Assembly (NCBI GenBank): GCA_964540285.1 | Contig: CAZILW010000001.1 | Coordinates: forward strand, 63,703 to 127,702 | DNA length: 64,000 nucleotides | Direction: 5' to 3' | From: an uncultured Gammaproteobacteria bacterium | GTDB lineage: Bacteria > Patescibacteriota > Patescibacteriia > Patescibacteriales > UBA12465 | Part shown: one piece after another, positions 1 through 9,044 of the stretch | How positions within the stretch are numbered: position 1 is the first letter of the stretch | How the letters are laid out: the number at the start of each line of letters is the position of its first letter | Program-made: the position numbers and the translations under genes | Notes under the pieces: model-generated | Database searches by the model: none | What the model was told of the DNA's origin: nothing | Seen by the model: the letters and a program-made list of their open reading frames with translations, nothing else

Positions 1-84
1 ATCAACAAAGACTAGTCTTATAGCCTGCTTTAGCCTAAAACTTGCCTGTCCAATTAAAACTTGTTGTAATTTTTCAATAGTCAT
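1..84 (-). CDS. 5' end of a gene running off the window, possibly RlmN (rRNA methyltransferase)
   Basis: My translation: MTIEKLQQVLIGQASFRLKQAIRLVFVD. The FRxKQ motif resembles RlmN N-termini. Only 28 codons are visible. Confidence 0.4.
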   Translation of the reverse strand, partial: MTIEKLQQVLIGQASFRLKQAIRLVFVD

Positions 85-126
85 AATAAGCACATTCTAT
101 CATTTTAAATAAAATAACACAATAAA

Positions 127-156
127 AAACAAAACAGCCCCTTTCGGGGCTGTTTC
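127..156 (-). terminator. Intrinsic terminator after the RRM gene
   Basis: Hairpin aaacagcccc-tttc-ggggctgttt flanked by A/T tracts. Confidence 0.75.
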
Positions 157-168
157 TATGGCTTAAAA

Positions 169-483
169 CTAGTTTCTATATCCACCTCTTCCTCCACCAA
201 AACCACCACTAGGGCGATCTTCTTTTGGTCTGGCAATATTAACAACAATGTTTCTTCCACCTAAATCAGTTCCGTTCAAAGTATCAACAGCCTTTTGAGC
301 TTCTTCCTCAGAAGACATCTCAACAAAACCAAATCCCTTTGACCTACCAGTCATTTTATCAATGATAATAGCAACTGACTCAACTGTACCAACTTGAGAA
401 AAAAAATCTTTCAATTCTTCTTCTTTAGTGGCGAAAGGTAAACTACCTACAAATAATTTTTTCATAACAATATTCTTATACAA
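169..483 (-). CDS. RRM-domain RNA-binding protein (likely start MKKLFVG)
   Basis: RNP2 LFVGSL, RNP1 KGFGFVEM, Gly/Arg-rich tail. Confidence 0.92.
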   Translation of the reverse strand: MYKNIVMKKLFVGSLPFATKEEELKDFFSQVGTVESVAIIIDKMTGRSKGFGFVEMSSEEEAQKAVDTLNGTDLGGRNIVVNIARPKEDRPSGGFGGGRGGYRN

Positions 484-635
484 ATAAATTAATAAACAAG
501 CCGACCTTTTTTAAATTATCTCTAACTCTCACGAACATTTTATTTGTGCAAGAATATTAGAAAAGCCTTGTTTAGCATATTTAAATATTACACTAAAAAA
601 ATAAAAATAGCAAGAGATTAAAAAAAACAGATCAA

Positions 636-2159
636 TTAATTTATTTTTAATAAATTATCCAAATACTCTCTACTATTAGACAAGCGAGGAACCTTGTTTT
701 GTCCACCCAACTTGTTCTTACTTTTCAACCAATCATAAAATAAATTTTTTCTAGCAATATTTATTTTTGGTAAAGACAAAACCATATCTCTATATCTTTT
801 AGCTTCGTAATCAGAATTTAAAGTCTTTAAAGCATCATCTAAATCCCTTGTAAATTTTCCTAAATTTTCTGGCTCTTTTTCAAACTCAATTAACCATTCA
901 TGTCCACCTTTATTTTTACTATCTATAAATATCGGACAGACTGTATAATCATTAATACTGGCTTGATTTTTCTCCAAAGCAATTTCTAGTGCCTTATCAG
1001 TATTGCCAACCATTAACTCTTCTCCAAAAACATTTATAAAATGCTTAGTTCTGCCAGCTATTTTTACTCTCAAAGGCTTGAGACATGTAATTTCTAATGT
1101 GTCGCCTATTAAATAGCGCCAAAGACCTCCATTTGTAGAAATTGCTAAGGCATAAGTTTTACCTAACTCCAAATCTCCAACCATTAAAGTTTCGGGGTGT
1201 TTTTTATCTAATTCTGATAAAGGAATAAACTCATAAAAAACACCAATATCAAGCATTAAAAGCATATCATCTCGCTTCAAGTCGTCATTAAAGGCAAAAA
1301 AACCTTCTGAAGCATTATAAATTTCCAAATAATTCATTCTATCTCCTGGAATAATCTCTTTAAATTGTTGACGATATGGAATAAAGCTGACACCACCATG
1401 CATAAATAGCTCTAAATTAGGCCAAACATCAAAAATATCTTTTTTTTGAGAAATTTCCAAAACCTTTTTTAAAAGCAAAAGAGTCCAAGAAGGAACCCCG
1501 GCCAAGGCCACGATATTTTCATTTATTGTTTCTTTGGCCATTTCTTCTAATTTTTTTTCCCAGTCACTCATCAGGGCTACTGATATTTTTGGAGATCTAA
1601 AAGGACTAGCCCAAAAAGGAAGGTTGTTCATTAAAATAGCCGACAAATCACCACAGCTAACATTTTCAAAATTAGAATCAAAAGAGCCTCCAATAGAAAT
1701 TGTTTTTCCTAAAAAGATATTAGTCTCTGGTTTAATTTTAAAATAACAAGCTAAAACATCCTCACCCCCTCTATAATGGCAATCATTTAAAGACTCGTTT
1801 GATATTGGGATTATTTTACTCTTAGAACCAGTGGTGCCTGATGATTTTGCTAAATAATTTATTTTACCTGGCCATAAAACATTTTCCTCCAGAGAACAAA
1901 TTCTATCTATTTCTGGCCTTAAATCATCATAAGAAGAAACGGGAACAATCTTTTTAAAAAAACAAAAAGCATCTTCAGCTGTTTTGCTTTCAATTATTTT
2001 TTTATAATTATATTTTTCTCCCCAAAAAGTTTTTTGAGATCTATTTAGTAAATCAAAAAAAACCTCCAGTTGGGTTTCAACTGGATTGTTTTTAAAAAAC
2101 CTTATCTGACGATAGCGAGAAGCAAATTTTAATTTAATAAAAAAATTAAGTGGAAACAT
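636..2159 (-). CDS. GH3 auxin-responsive family acyl-adenylating enzyme
   Basis: SSGTTG, YNASEG, GLWRYxIGD and GGQNKVPRL motifs. Confidence 0.9.
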   Translation of the reverse strand: MFPLNFFIKLKFASRYRQIRFFKNNPVETQLEVFFDLLNRSQKTFWGEKYNYKKIIESKTAEDAFCFFKKIVPVSSYDDLRPEIDRICSLEENVLWPGKINYLAKSSGTTGSKSKIIPISNESLNDCHYRGGEDVLACYFKIKPETNIFLGKTISIGGSFDSNFENVSCGDLSAILMNNLPFWASPFRSPKISVALMSDWEKKLEEMAKETINENIVALAGVPSWTLLLLKKVLEISQKKDIFDVWPNLELFMHGGVSFIPYRQQFKEIIPGDRMNYLEIYNASEGFFAFNDDLKRDDMLLMLDIGVFYEFIPLSELDKKHPETLMVGDLELGKTYALAISTNGGLWRYLIGDTLEITCLKPLRVKIAGRTKHFINVFGEELMVGNTDKALEIALEKNQASINDYTVCPIFIDSKNKGGHEWLIEFEKEPENLGKFTRDLDDALKTLNSDYEAKRYRDMVLSLPKINIARKNLFYDWLKSKNKLGGQNKVPRLSNSREYLDNLLKIN

Positions 2160-2214
2160 TTATTTAAACAAAACAAAAAAAGATAAATAAATAATTTAAA
2201 TCTAAAAAAATTAA

Positions 2215-2445
2215 TTATTTTTTAGTCCTGCCCAAAAAGCAACAAAATGGTCTTCTAACTGCCAAATAAACTGTAGATAAACCAACTAAACCATAAACAA
2301 ATCTAGAAAGGCAATTTAAACCATCGAAGTCAAAACAAAGAAACCCAACTAAGTTAAAGTTAAAGAATCCAACCAAACCCCAGTTTAAACCACCAACTAA
2401 AACAAGAATAATGGTTAAACAATCTAAATAATTTAGACTTTTCAT
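2215..2445 (-). CDS. DUF378 family membrane protein
   Basis: LVLVGGLNWGLVG and SRFVYGLVGLS pattern. Confidence 0.85.
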   Translation of the reverse strand: MKSLNYLDCLTIILVLVGGLNWGLVGFFNFNLVGFLCFDFDGLNCLSRFVYGLVGLSTVYLAVRRPFCCFLGRTKK

Positions 2446-2516
2446 AGTTTTAAAATTTTAATTATGTTTCGAGCTAATATTTTTTATTTTAACATTTTTT
2501 TAAATAAAACCAAATA

Positions 2517-2545
2517 TTGACAATATGTTAAAAATATGATATAAT
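2517..2545 (+). promoter_or_regulatory. Consensus sigma70 promoter with extended -10
   Basis: TTGACA-17 bp-TATAAT, preceded by TGn. Confidence 0.8.
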
Positions 2546-2572
2546 TAAAAGACGTACCTAAAAAAATAAAAA

Positions 2573-2797
2573 ATGGAAATAAACGTAAAGTTTAAGAACC
2601 AAACTTATGTGGCTCAAATGACAATAGCCGATTTTGAGCATAAAAAAAAATATTTTCCTTCAAGGTTAGTCAGTGTTAAAGGCTTTGGCGGAATAGAAAT
2701 GAAGATACCAATTGGATTTCTAGTTTTTGAATCAGAAAACAATAGTGGTTCTTCAGCTTATTGCCAAAGAGGTTTTTTAGAAGAGGACACAAAATAG
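2573..2797 (+). CDS. Small hypothetical protein
   Basis: 74-aa ORF between a consensus promoter and a hairpin terminator. Confidence 0.6.
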   Translation: MEINVKFKNQTYVAQMTIADFEHKKKYFPSRLVSVKGFGGIEMKIPIGFLVFESENNSGSSAYCQRGFLEEDTK

Positions 2798-2813
2798 TGT
2801 CCTCTTATTTTTT
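2781..2813. terminator. Terminator hairpin between convergent genes
   Basis: agaggacac-aaaata-gtgtcctct followed by a T-rich tract. Confidence 0.65.
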
Positions 2814-4582
2814 TATTTCCTCTCTTTAATTTCCTTTGAAATCATTTCGAAAAAATCATCAGATGAGAAAATTTCAGTATCATTTCCCCCTCTCTTTCTA
2901 ACTGCAAAAATATTTTCCTCCATTTCTTTATCTCCAATAACCAAAACATAAGGAACTTTTTCAATAGTAGCTTTCCTGATTTTATTTCCCATGGTCTCAT
3001 TGTTAATATCCAGCTCAACTCTAATTCCCCTTTTCATAAATTCTTCTCTTGTTTTTTGACAATGATCTATATGCTTTTCTCCAACCGATAGAATCTTCAC
3101 CTGAACTGGAGATAGCCATACAGGAAAAGCTCCGGCAAAGTGCTCAATAAGCAAAGCTAAAAACCTTTCATAAGAACCAAGTATAGCTCTATGAACCATA
3201 ACTGGTGGTTTATCCTGACCATCTTTATCAGTATAACTTAAATTAAATCTTTTTGGTGTAGCAAAGTCAACCTGAACAGTTGGAATTTGGATTTCTTTAC
3301 CAATAGAATCTCTAAACATAAAGTCTAACTTTGGACCATATAAAGCTGCCTCTCCTTCTTGTCTTTTGGCTTTTAAATCCATCTCATCAGAAACCTCTTG
3401 GAGCATAGCCTCACAAACATCCCAATCTTCACTATCACCAATATATTTATCTGGATTAGCATAATCCCTCACTGACAAAGAAACCCAATGATTATCCCAC
3501 AGACCCAGCGCACAATAAAACTCCTTAATAATACTCACCATTCTTTTTATTTCATCTTTTACCTGGTCAATTGTGCAAAAAGTATGCCCATCTTCAACAG
3601 TAATGGCATAAACACGAGAAAGTCCTCCTACTTCGCCAGTTTTTTCTGCTCTATATTGCTTTTCTGATTCCATATATCTAATTGGCAAATCTCTATAAGA
3701 GCGAGTGCGAGAAGCATAAATTTGTGTTTGATGAGGACATTGAACTGGCTTCATAACCATTTGGTGCCCCTTAGCAGAAGAAACATGAAATAATTCATCG
3801 CTAAATTTTTTGGCATGACCAGAAAGCTCATATAAATCAATTTTAGCTAAATGAGGAGTCATGACCTTTTGAAAGCCATAAGAGCGACAAACAGACTCTA
3901 TATGATGACGAAGTTCATCAATAATAATCATGCCCTTAGGAGTAAACAAAGGAAGTCCTGGACCAACTAAATCAGAAAAGCAAAACAAATCTAATTCTTG
4001 TCCTAGTTTTCTATGGTCTCTCTTCTTGGCTTCTTCTACCATTTTTACATAATTATCTAACTCTTCTTTGGTGGAAAAAGATAGGCCGTAAATTCTAGTT
4101 AACATTTTATTTTTTTCATCACCACGCCAATAAGCACCAGCTAGCTTATCAAGTTTAAAAGATCCTAACTGAATTTTCCCGCTTGATTCAATGTGAGGGC
4201 CACGACATAAATCAATAAAATCTCCTAACTGATAAAAACTAACAATCTCCTCCCCTTCTGATTTTAGCTCTTTTAAAATATCGACCTTATAAACATCATC
4301 ACTTTTTTCAAATTTTGAAATAGCTTCGTCAATGTTCATTTCTGATCTAGTAAATTTCAAATTTTGCTTCACGATATGTTTCATTTTTTTTTCAATTTCA
4401 ACTAAATCACTATCTCCTATTTTTTGATCAAAAAAATCAATATCATAATAAAAGCCATTATCAATATCTGGTCCAATAGCAAATTTAGCCTGAGGATAAA
4501 TTTGCATTACGGCCAATGCCATAATGTGAGCCAAGGAGTGTCTTTGCATTTCTAGCTCACTTTTTTCATTTTTGTTTTCCAT
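2813..4582 (-). CDS. thrS: Threonine--tRNA ligase (lacks the TGS domain)
   Basis: RHSLAH, DLCRGPH, RDHRKLG, YGPKLD and HRAILGSYERF motifs. Confidence 0.97.
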   Translation of the reverse strand: MENKNEKSELEMQRHSLAHIMALAVMQIYPQAKFAIGPDIDNGFYYDIDFFDQKIGDSDLVEIEKKMKHIVKQNLKFTRSEMNIDEAISKFEKSDDVYKVDILKELKSEGEEIVSFYQLGDFIDLCRGPHIESSGKIQLGSFKLDKLAGAYWRGDEKNKMLTRIYGLSFSTKEELDNYVKMVEEAKKRDHRKLGQELDLFCFSDLVGPGLPLFTPKGMIIIDELRHHIESVCRSYGFQKVMTPHLAKIDLYELSGHAKKFSDELFHVSSAKGHQMVMKPVQCPHQTQIYASRTRSYRDLPIRYMESEKQYRAEKTGEVGGLSRVYAITVEDGHTFCTIDQVKDEIKRMVSIIKEFYCALGLWDNHWVSLSVRDYANPDKYIGDSEDWDVCEAMLQEVSDEMDLKAKRQEGEAALYGPKLDFMFRDSIGKEIQIPTVQVDFATPKRFNLSYTDKDGQDKPPVMVHRAILGSYERFLALLIEHFAGAFPVWLSPVQVKILSVGEKHIDHCQKTREEFMKRGIRVELDINNETMGNKIRKATIEKVPYVLVIGDKEMEENIFAVRKRGGNDTEIFSSDDFFEMISKEIKERK

Positions 4583-4606
4583 ATAATTTTAATTAAATTA
4601 ATAAAT

Positions 4607-4792
4607 AAAAAAATCTCGCTCTAATAAATACACAAAATGTACGTACTAGAACGAGATTTCTCCCGCGGTTCCATCTAGTTTCCTCAAAAGAGGCCACTTA
4701 ATTTTTATCAAACAAAACTTAGTTTTTACTGGTGTAAAAATTGCCCAAAGACAACTATGGTTGGTAGCCACAGCAATCGTTTTGATTGATAA
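4607..4792 (-). ncRNA. T-box riboswitch leader of thrS (transcription attenuation)
   Basis: Minus strand: antiterminator CUAGA-UGGAACC-GCG...CGU-UCUAG; overlapping terminator AAUCUCGUUCUA...UAGAGCGAGAUU followed by a U tract; Stem III CCUC-UUUU-GAGG; long 5' Stem I. Confidence 0.85.
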
Positions 4793-4796
4793 GTTT

Positions 4797-4825
4797 ATTA
4801 TATAATAATCTTATAAGAAAAGCAA
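4797..4825 (-). promoter_or_regulatory. sigma70 promoter of the T-box/thrS transcript
   Basis: TTGCTT-17 bp-TATAAT on the minus strand, immediately before Stem I. Confidence 0.7.
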
Positions 4826-4858
4826 ATAAGCCAAATTAAAAAAGTAATTTCAATAAAA

Positions 4859-5635
4859 CTAATTAATTTCAAAAAAATTCAAAGCAATAGTAGTGTTAAT
4901 ATTAATATTGCTAATTAAATAAGACATTAAGTTACCATTGACTTGAGGAACAACCTCTTCGGAGTTAACATACAAAGTTCCCACTACGCCAAAAGGATAA
5001 GTATTATACTGTATTTCAACAATAATATTTGACCCTTCTAAAACCTCAACACCTCCAAATTCATTAACATCAGTTATTGTACCAACCACAAAACCATCAT
5101 CTATAATTCTAATAAAATCAAAAGTGGTATACCCTGCGCCACTATAATTTATACCAAAACTAACAAAAACACTCCCCGCCCCACCAGTGTTTCCACTACT
5201 ACCTATTATTATTCCCCCTGGGGTCATTTGTTTAGCTCCTTGGGGTAAATCTGAGACTTGTTTGCCGGTACAGAAATCTATGGTATAGCTGGCACCATTG
5301 TTTTGAGGAGTGTAGATATAGGTATTAGATGCAGATTGACAGTTTCCATCAGCTGGAGTAGGAGAGGAAGGAATATTGTACATAAATACATTATTGCTAG
5401 ATTCAGACTCTATGATACCACTATTCCATTCTTCTTCTGTAGGATATCTTCCATTTTCATTGAAGAATAGTTCTAGGGCAGTTTGTACTTGTTTCATATC
5501 GGCCATTCTTTTACTATCTCTAGCATTTTGTCTGGCTTGTTGTAGGGCTACTACAGCAAGGGTTGCTAATATACCAATAATAGCTATTACTACTAGGAGT
5601 TCGATGAGGGTAAACCCTCGTTTTTGTTTGAACAT
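4859..5635 (-). CDS. Type IV pilin/pseudopilin-like protein with a C-terminal beta-rich domain
   Basis: KRG|[16 protein letters not shown] class III signal peptide; ARDSKR and YP motifs typical of CPR pilins. Confidence 0.88.
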   Translation of the reverse strand: MFKQKRGFTLIELLVVIAIIGILATLAVVALQQARQNARDSKRMADMKQVQTALELFFNENGRYPTEEEWNSGIIESESSNNVFMYNIPSSPTPADGNCQSASNTYIYTPQNNGASYTIDFCTGKQVSDLPQGAKQMTPGGIIIGSSGNTGGAGSVFVSFGINYSGAGYTTFDFIRIIDDGFVVGTITDVNEFGGVEVLEGSNIIVEIQYNTYPFGVVGTLYVNSEEVVPQVNGNLMSYLISNININTTIALNFFEIN

Positions 5636-5651
5636 ATTTTTAATAGTCTAA

Positions 5652-5739
5652 TCGCGTGGATACGGAACCCCGTGCCAGAACCCCGTGTCGCATAGCGACT
5701 ATACGGGGAAGACTATACGGGACGAATGTCTTTACGCGA
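5652..5739. repeat. Nested GC-rich palindromic element upstream of the pilin gene
   Basis: gaaccccgtg twice and gactatacggg twice around hairpin gtcgc-ata-gcgac; outer tcgcgt/acgcga stem. Confidence 0.7.
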
Positions 5740-5770
5740 CATAATTTTTGGTATTAATTATATTAATATT

Positions 5771-5870
5771 TTTTTAGGGTATTTAGGATAGTTAGGATAC
5801 TTAAGATAATTAGGATAAAAAAATATCCTAACACTCCTAAATATCCTAATAGTCTTAATAATCCTAAAAA
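5771..5870. repeat. Inverted repeat built from 9-bp units (TTAGGAnnn x5, then its complement x5)
   Basis: ttagggtat ttaggatag ttaggatac ttaagataa ttaggata ... tatcctaac actcctaaa tatcctaat agtcttaat aatcctaaa. Confidence 0.85.
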
Positions 5871-6899
5871 TTAAAATCCATTCAACCCTATCGTTCTCAT
5901 TTGTTTATTGGCTTGCAAATCAAGAATTGTTTTCTTTAGACCGTTTTCTAAAGTTACAACCGGCATCCAGCCAAAATCATTTCTCATTCTATAGGTATCT
6001 GGAATAAATAATTGAGACATAAAAAGTTTGCTTGGTTCAAAAACTATTTTAGATTTAGAATTAGTAAATTCAACAATCATTTTAGCTACATCGTAAAGCT
6101 TTGTGTCAATTTCACAGCCAACGTTATAGGGACCAGAAAAATCAGAGCGCATAACTTTAATAGCTGCGTCAATCATGTCATCTACATAACACAAAGATGA
6201 TGAAAAATTTTGATCTCCAAAAATAACTATATCATCCCCATTTAAAGCATTATTAACAAAGTCCGGTAGCATTTGATCATCTCGCAAGGCCATTCTCGGA
6301 CCGTAAGTTCTAAAAAGTCTTATAATTTTAGCATCTAGGCCAAAAAGCTCTCTATAAGTACTGACCATAGTTTCAGCAAATCTTTTACCCTCATCATAGC
6401 AAGCCCTAGCGCTTAGAAAGTCAACCATTCCAACATAATCCTCTTTAACTTTATTTTTATCAGAGCTATCTTGTCGCAAACCATAAACAACTGAAGATGA
6501 AAATTGAATAAATTTAGATTTATATTTCAAGGCAATATTTAAAGCATTTTTAACAACCAAAGAATTGGCCAAAACTATTTTTTCTTTGTTTTGATCAAAA
6601 TTTCTAGGAGACATTGGACAGGCTAAATTATAAATTTCTTGAATGCCCTGAAAAGAAATTTTAAATTTATTTAACTCAGGTCGAAGCTCTAAATCTAATT
6701 CTTCAGTCAAATCATGATTTATAAAAACAAAATCGGGATTAGACAAAAGATGTTCAATATTTTTAGCATTACTACTACAAAAATTATCAACACAAATAAC
6801 CTTATTATCCTTAATAAGCTCATCACACAAATTTGATCCAATAAAACCAGCACCACCCAATACTAATATATTTTTTTTATCAAAAATTACTGGAGACAT
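5871..6899 (-). CDS. NAD-dependent epimerase, UDP-glucuronate decarboxylase-like
   Basis: GGAGFIG, IYNLACPMSP, YDEGKR and TYGPRM motifs. Confidence 0.88.
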   Translation of the reverse strand: MSPVIFDKKNILVLGGAGFIGSNLCDELIKDNKVICVDNFCSSNAKNIEHLLSNPDFVFINHDLTEELDLELRPELNKFKISFQGIQEIYNLACPMSPRNFDQNKEKIVLANSLVVKNALNIALKYKSKFIQFSSSVVYGLRQDSSDKNKVKEDYVGMVDFLSARACYDEGKRFAETMVSTYRELFGLDAKIIRLFRTYGPRMALRDDQMLPDFVNNALNGDDIVIFGDQNFSSSLCYVDDMIDAAIKVMRSDFSGPYNVGCEIDTKLYDVAKMIVEFTNSKSKIVFEPSKLFMSQLFIPDTYRMRNDFGWMPVVTLENGLKKTILDLQANKQMRTIGLNGF

Positions 6900-6951
6900 A
6901 AAAAAATATTAATTATAAACAATATAATTATACAATTTTAAAAAAATAAAA

Positions 6952-9018
6952 TCAATTATACGTTTCAATATAAGCCACCGAAACTCCACCTGAAAAATTA
7001 CTATCCAAAGAGTAAAAAGAAGAAACTAGTTCACCTTTAACATTAAAAGCTCTTACATGAGGAGCTCCGCCCGGTCCAGCACCACAAATTATCTCATCTA
7101 TTCCATCCTTATTTAGATCTCCAATCGATAAATTAACTCCTCCTCTAAAATTCTCCCCGTAAGCCAATATTTTTTTTCTTTCTTTACCAAAATTATCAAA
7201 AATTTTAATTTCTGATAAACGTCCTGGTCCAGGAGAGGTTATTATTTCTTTTTTATTTTTAGTTTTTTGACCGTAAACATTAGCTACGGCTACTTTGACC
7301 CCACCATAAAAATTATTTTCATAAGCAAAAAACTGGCCTTTTAACTTAGCCTGATTATCAAAAATACGAACGTGAGGACCACCACCAACACCAGCTCCGG
7401 TTATAATTTCAGAAACTCCATCTCCATCAATATCACCAACAGCAACATTAACACCACCTCTAAATTTTTCATCATAGGCAAAAAACTGACCTTTTAAATT
7501 GCCACGAACATCAAAAATACGAACGTGAGGACCACCACCAACACCAGCTCCGGTTATAATTTCAGAAACTCCATCTCCATCAATATCACCAACAGCAACA
7601 TTAACACCACCTCTAAATTTTTCATCATAGGCAAAAAACTGACCTTTTAAATTGCCACGAACATCAAAAATACGAACGTGAGGACCACCACCAACACCAG
7701 CTCCGGTTATAATTTCAGAAACTCCATCTCCATCAATATCACCAACAGCAACATTAATTCCCCCACGAAAAGAGTCATCATAAACGTTAAAATTGTTTAA
7801 AAGTTTGCCCTTATTATTACTAAAACTTAAAGAATAAATATTTTTATCCGACTGATAACTTTTAACCTCAGCTTGAGGAGCGAACAAAAACATTCCTGAT
7901 AAATTTTGCCACTTTTCATCAGCCCATCTGGCGGAATTTAAAGCATTAACCCGGCCAATCCCTAATTGATCCTTATAAGAACTATTAAGAATATTAATAT
8001 CATCCGAACTTTTAAGTAAAATATCTAGCAATTCTCTTTGGTTTAATTTAGGGTTTATCTGCTTAATTAATCCTAGAGTTCCACTAACAACAGCGGCCGA
8101 CATAGAAGTTCCCGACCAATAGCCTTGATATTCTGAATATTTATTATTTTCTAAATCATAAAATGAAGTAGAAAAGAAACTAAGACCAGGAGCAGAAATA
8201 TCAACACACCTTGATCCATAGGATGAAAAACTTGCCTTTTGATCCATAGAATCTAAAGCTGAAACACCCAAAACAAAACTAGATGAATCATAAAAATCAA
8301 AACAAGCTGGATAACTCGAATTTTTATTTAAATTAAAATTATTATTTCCAACAGCCGAAACAACTATAACGCCAGCTCTATGAGCCCTCTTGATAGCATC
8401 CTCAAATCCCTGATTATAATCAGGCCCAGAAAAGCTCAAGTTTATAATATCAGCTCCGTTATTTACAGCATAATCAATCGCCCTAATAACATCATTAATC
8501 CTTCCCTCACCTTTTTCATTTAAAGCTCTAAGAGCCATAATCTTTGATTTACTAGCAATACCACTTATTCCCAAATCATTGTCGGTTCTAGCAGCTATTA
8601 TTCCAGAAATCATAGTTCCGTGATTTAAACCATCATCATTAGAGCTAGAAGATAATACGGGTCGAGGATTTGGTGTGTTTTCAACAAAATTCCAACCAAA
8701 AATATCATCTATAAAGCCGTTTCTATCATCATCTAGACCATTTTCAATTTCTAAATTATTAATCCAAATATTTCCATGCAAATCAGGATGATCAATATCA
8801 ACTCCCGAATCAATAACCGCTATAACAGGAGACTCGCCCCTAAGATCATAACCCCAAGTATAAGAAGCTCCTATTTTTTTTAAATACCATTGATTTTTAT
8901 AATACTCATCATTTGGTGATGAAAAAGTTTGAGCCTTAACTAAATTAAAATTAGATAAAAATAAAAAAAACGCTAAGAAAACTGCCGCTACTTTTTGTTT
9001 GGCTTTAAATCTTAGCAT
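6952..9018 (-). CDS. Secreted S8 subtilase with C-terminal FG-GAP/VCBS-like repeats
   Basis: Signal peptide; triad motifs VIDSG, HGT, GTSMS; repeats GDIDGDGVSEIITGAGVGGGPHVRIFD. Confidence 0.92.
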   Translation of the reverse strand: MLRFKAKQKVAAVFLAFFLFLSNFNLVKAQTFSSPNDEYYKNQWYLKKIGASYTWGYDLRGESPVIAVIDSGVDIDHPDLHGNIWINNLEIENGLDDDRNGFIDDIFGWNFVENTPNPRPVLSSSSNDDGLNHGTMISGIIAARTDNDLGISGIASKSKIMALRALNEKGEGRINDVIRAIDYAVNNGADIINLSFSGPDYNQGFEDAIKRAHRAGVIVVSAVGNNNFNLNKNSSYPACFDFYDSSSFVLGVSALDSMDQKASFSSYGSRCVDISAPGLSFFSTSFYDLENNKYSEYQGYWSGTSMSAAVVSGTLGLIKQINPKLNQRELLDILLKSSDDINILNSSYKDQLGIGRVNALNSARWADEKWQNLSGMFLFAPQAEVKSYQSDKNIYSLSFSNNKGKLLNNFNVYDDSFRGGINVAVGDIDGDGVSEIITGAGVGGGPHVRIFDVRGNLKGQFFAYDEKFRGGVNVAVGDIDGDGVSEIITGAGVGGGPHVRIFDVRGNLKGQFFAYDEKFRGGVNVAVGDIDGDGVSEIITGAGVGGGPHVRIFDNQAKLKGQFFAYENNFYGGVKVAVANVYGQKTKNKKEIITSPGPGRLSEIKIFDNFGKERKKILAYGENFRGGVNLSIGDLNKDGIDEIICGAGPGGAPHVRAFNVKGELVSSFYSLDSNFSGGVSVAYIETYN
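7357..7757. repeat. Intragenic 153-bp tandem repeat (about 2.6 units, identical by eye)
   Basis: tcaaaaatacgaacgtgagg recurs at 7358, 7511 and 7664. Confidence 0.9.
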
Positions 9019-9044
9019 ATTTTTTATCTTTTTTTTAAAAAAAT

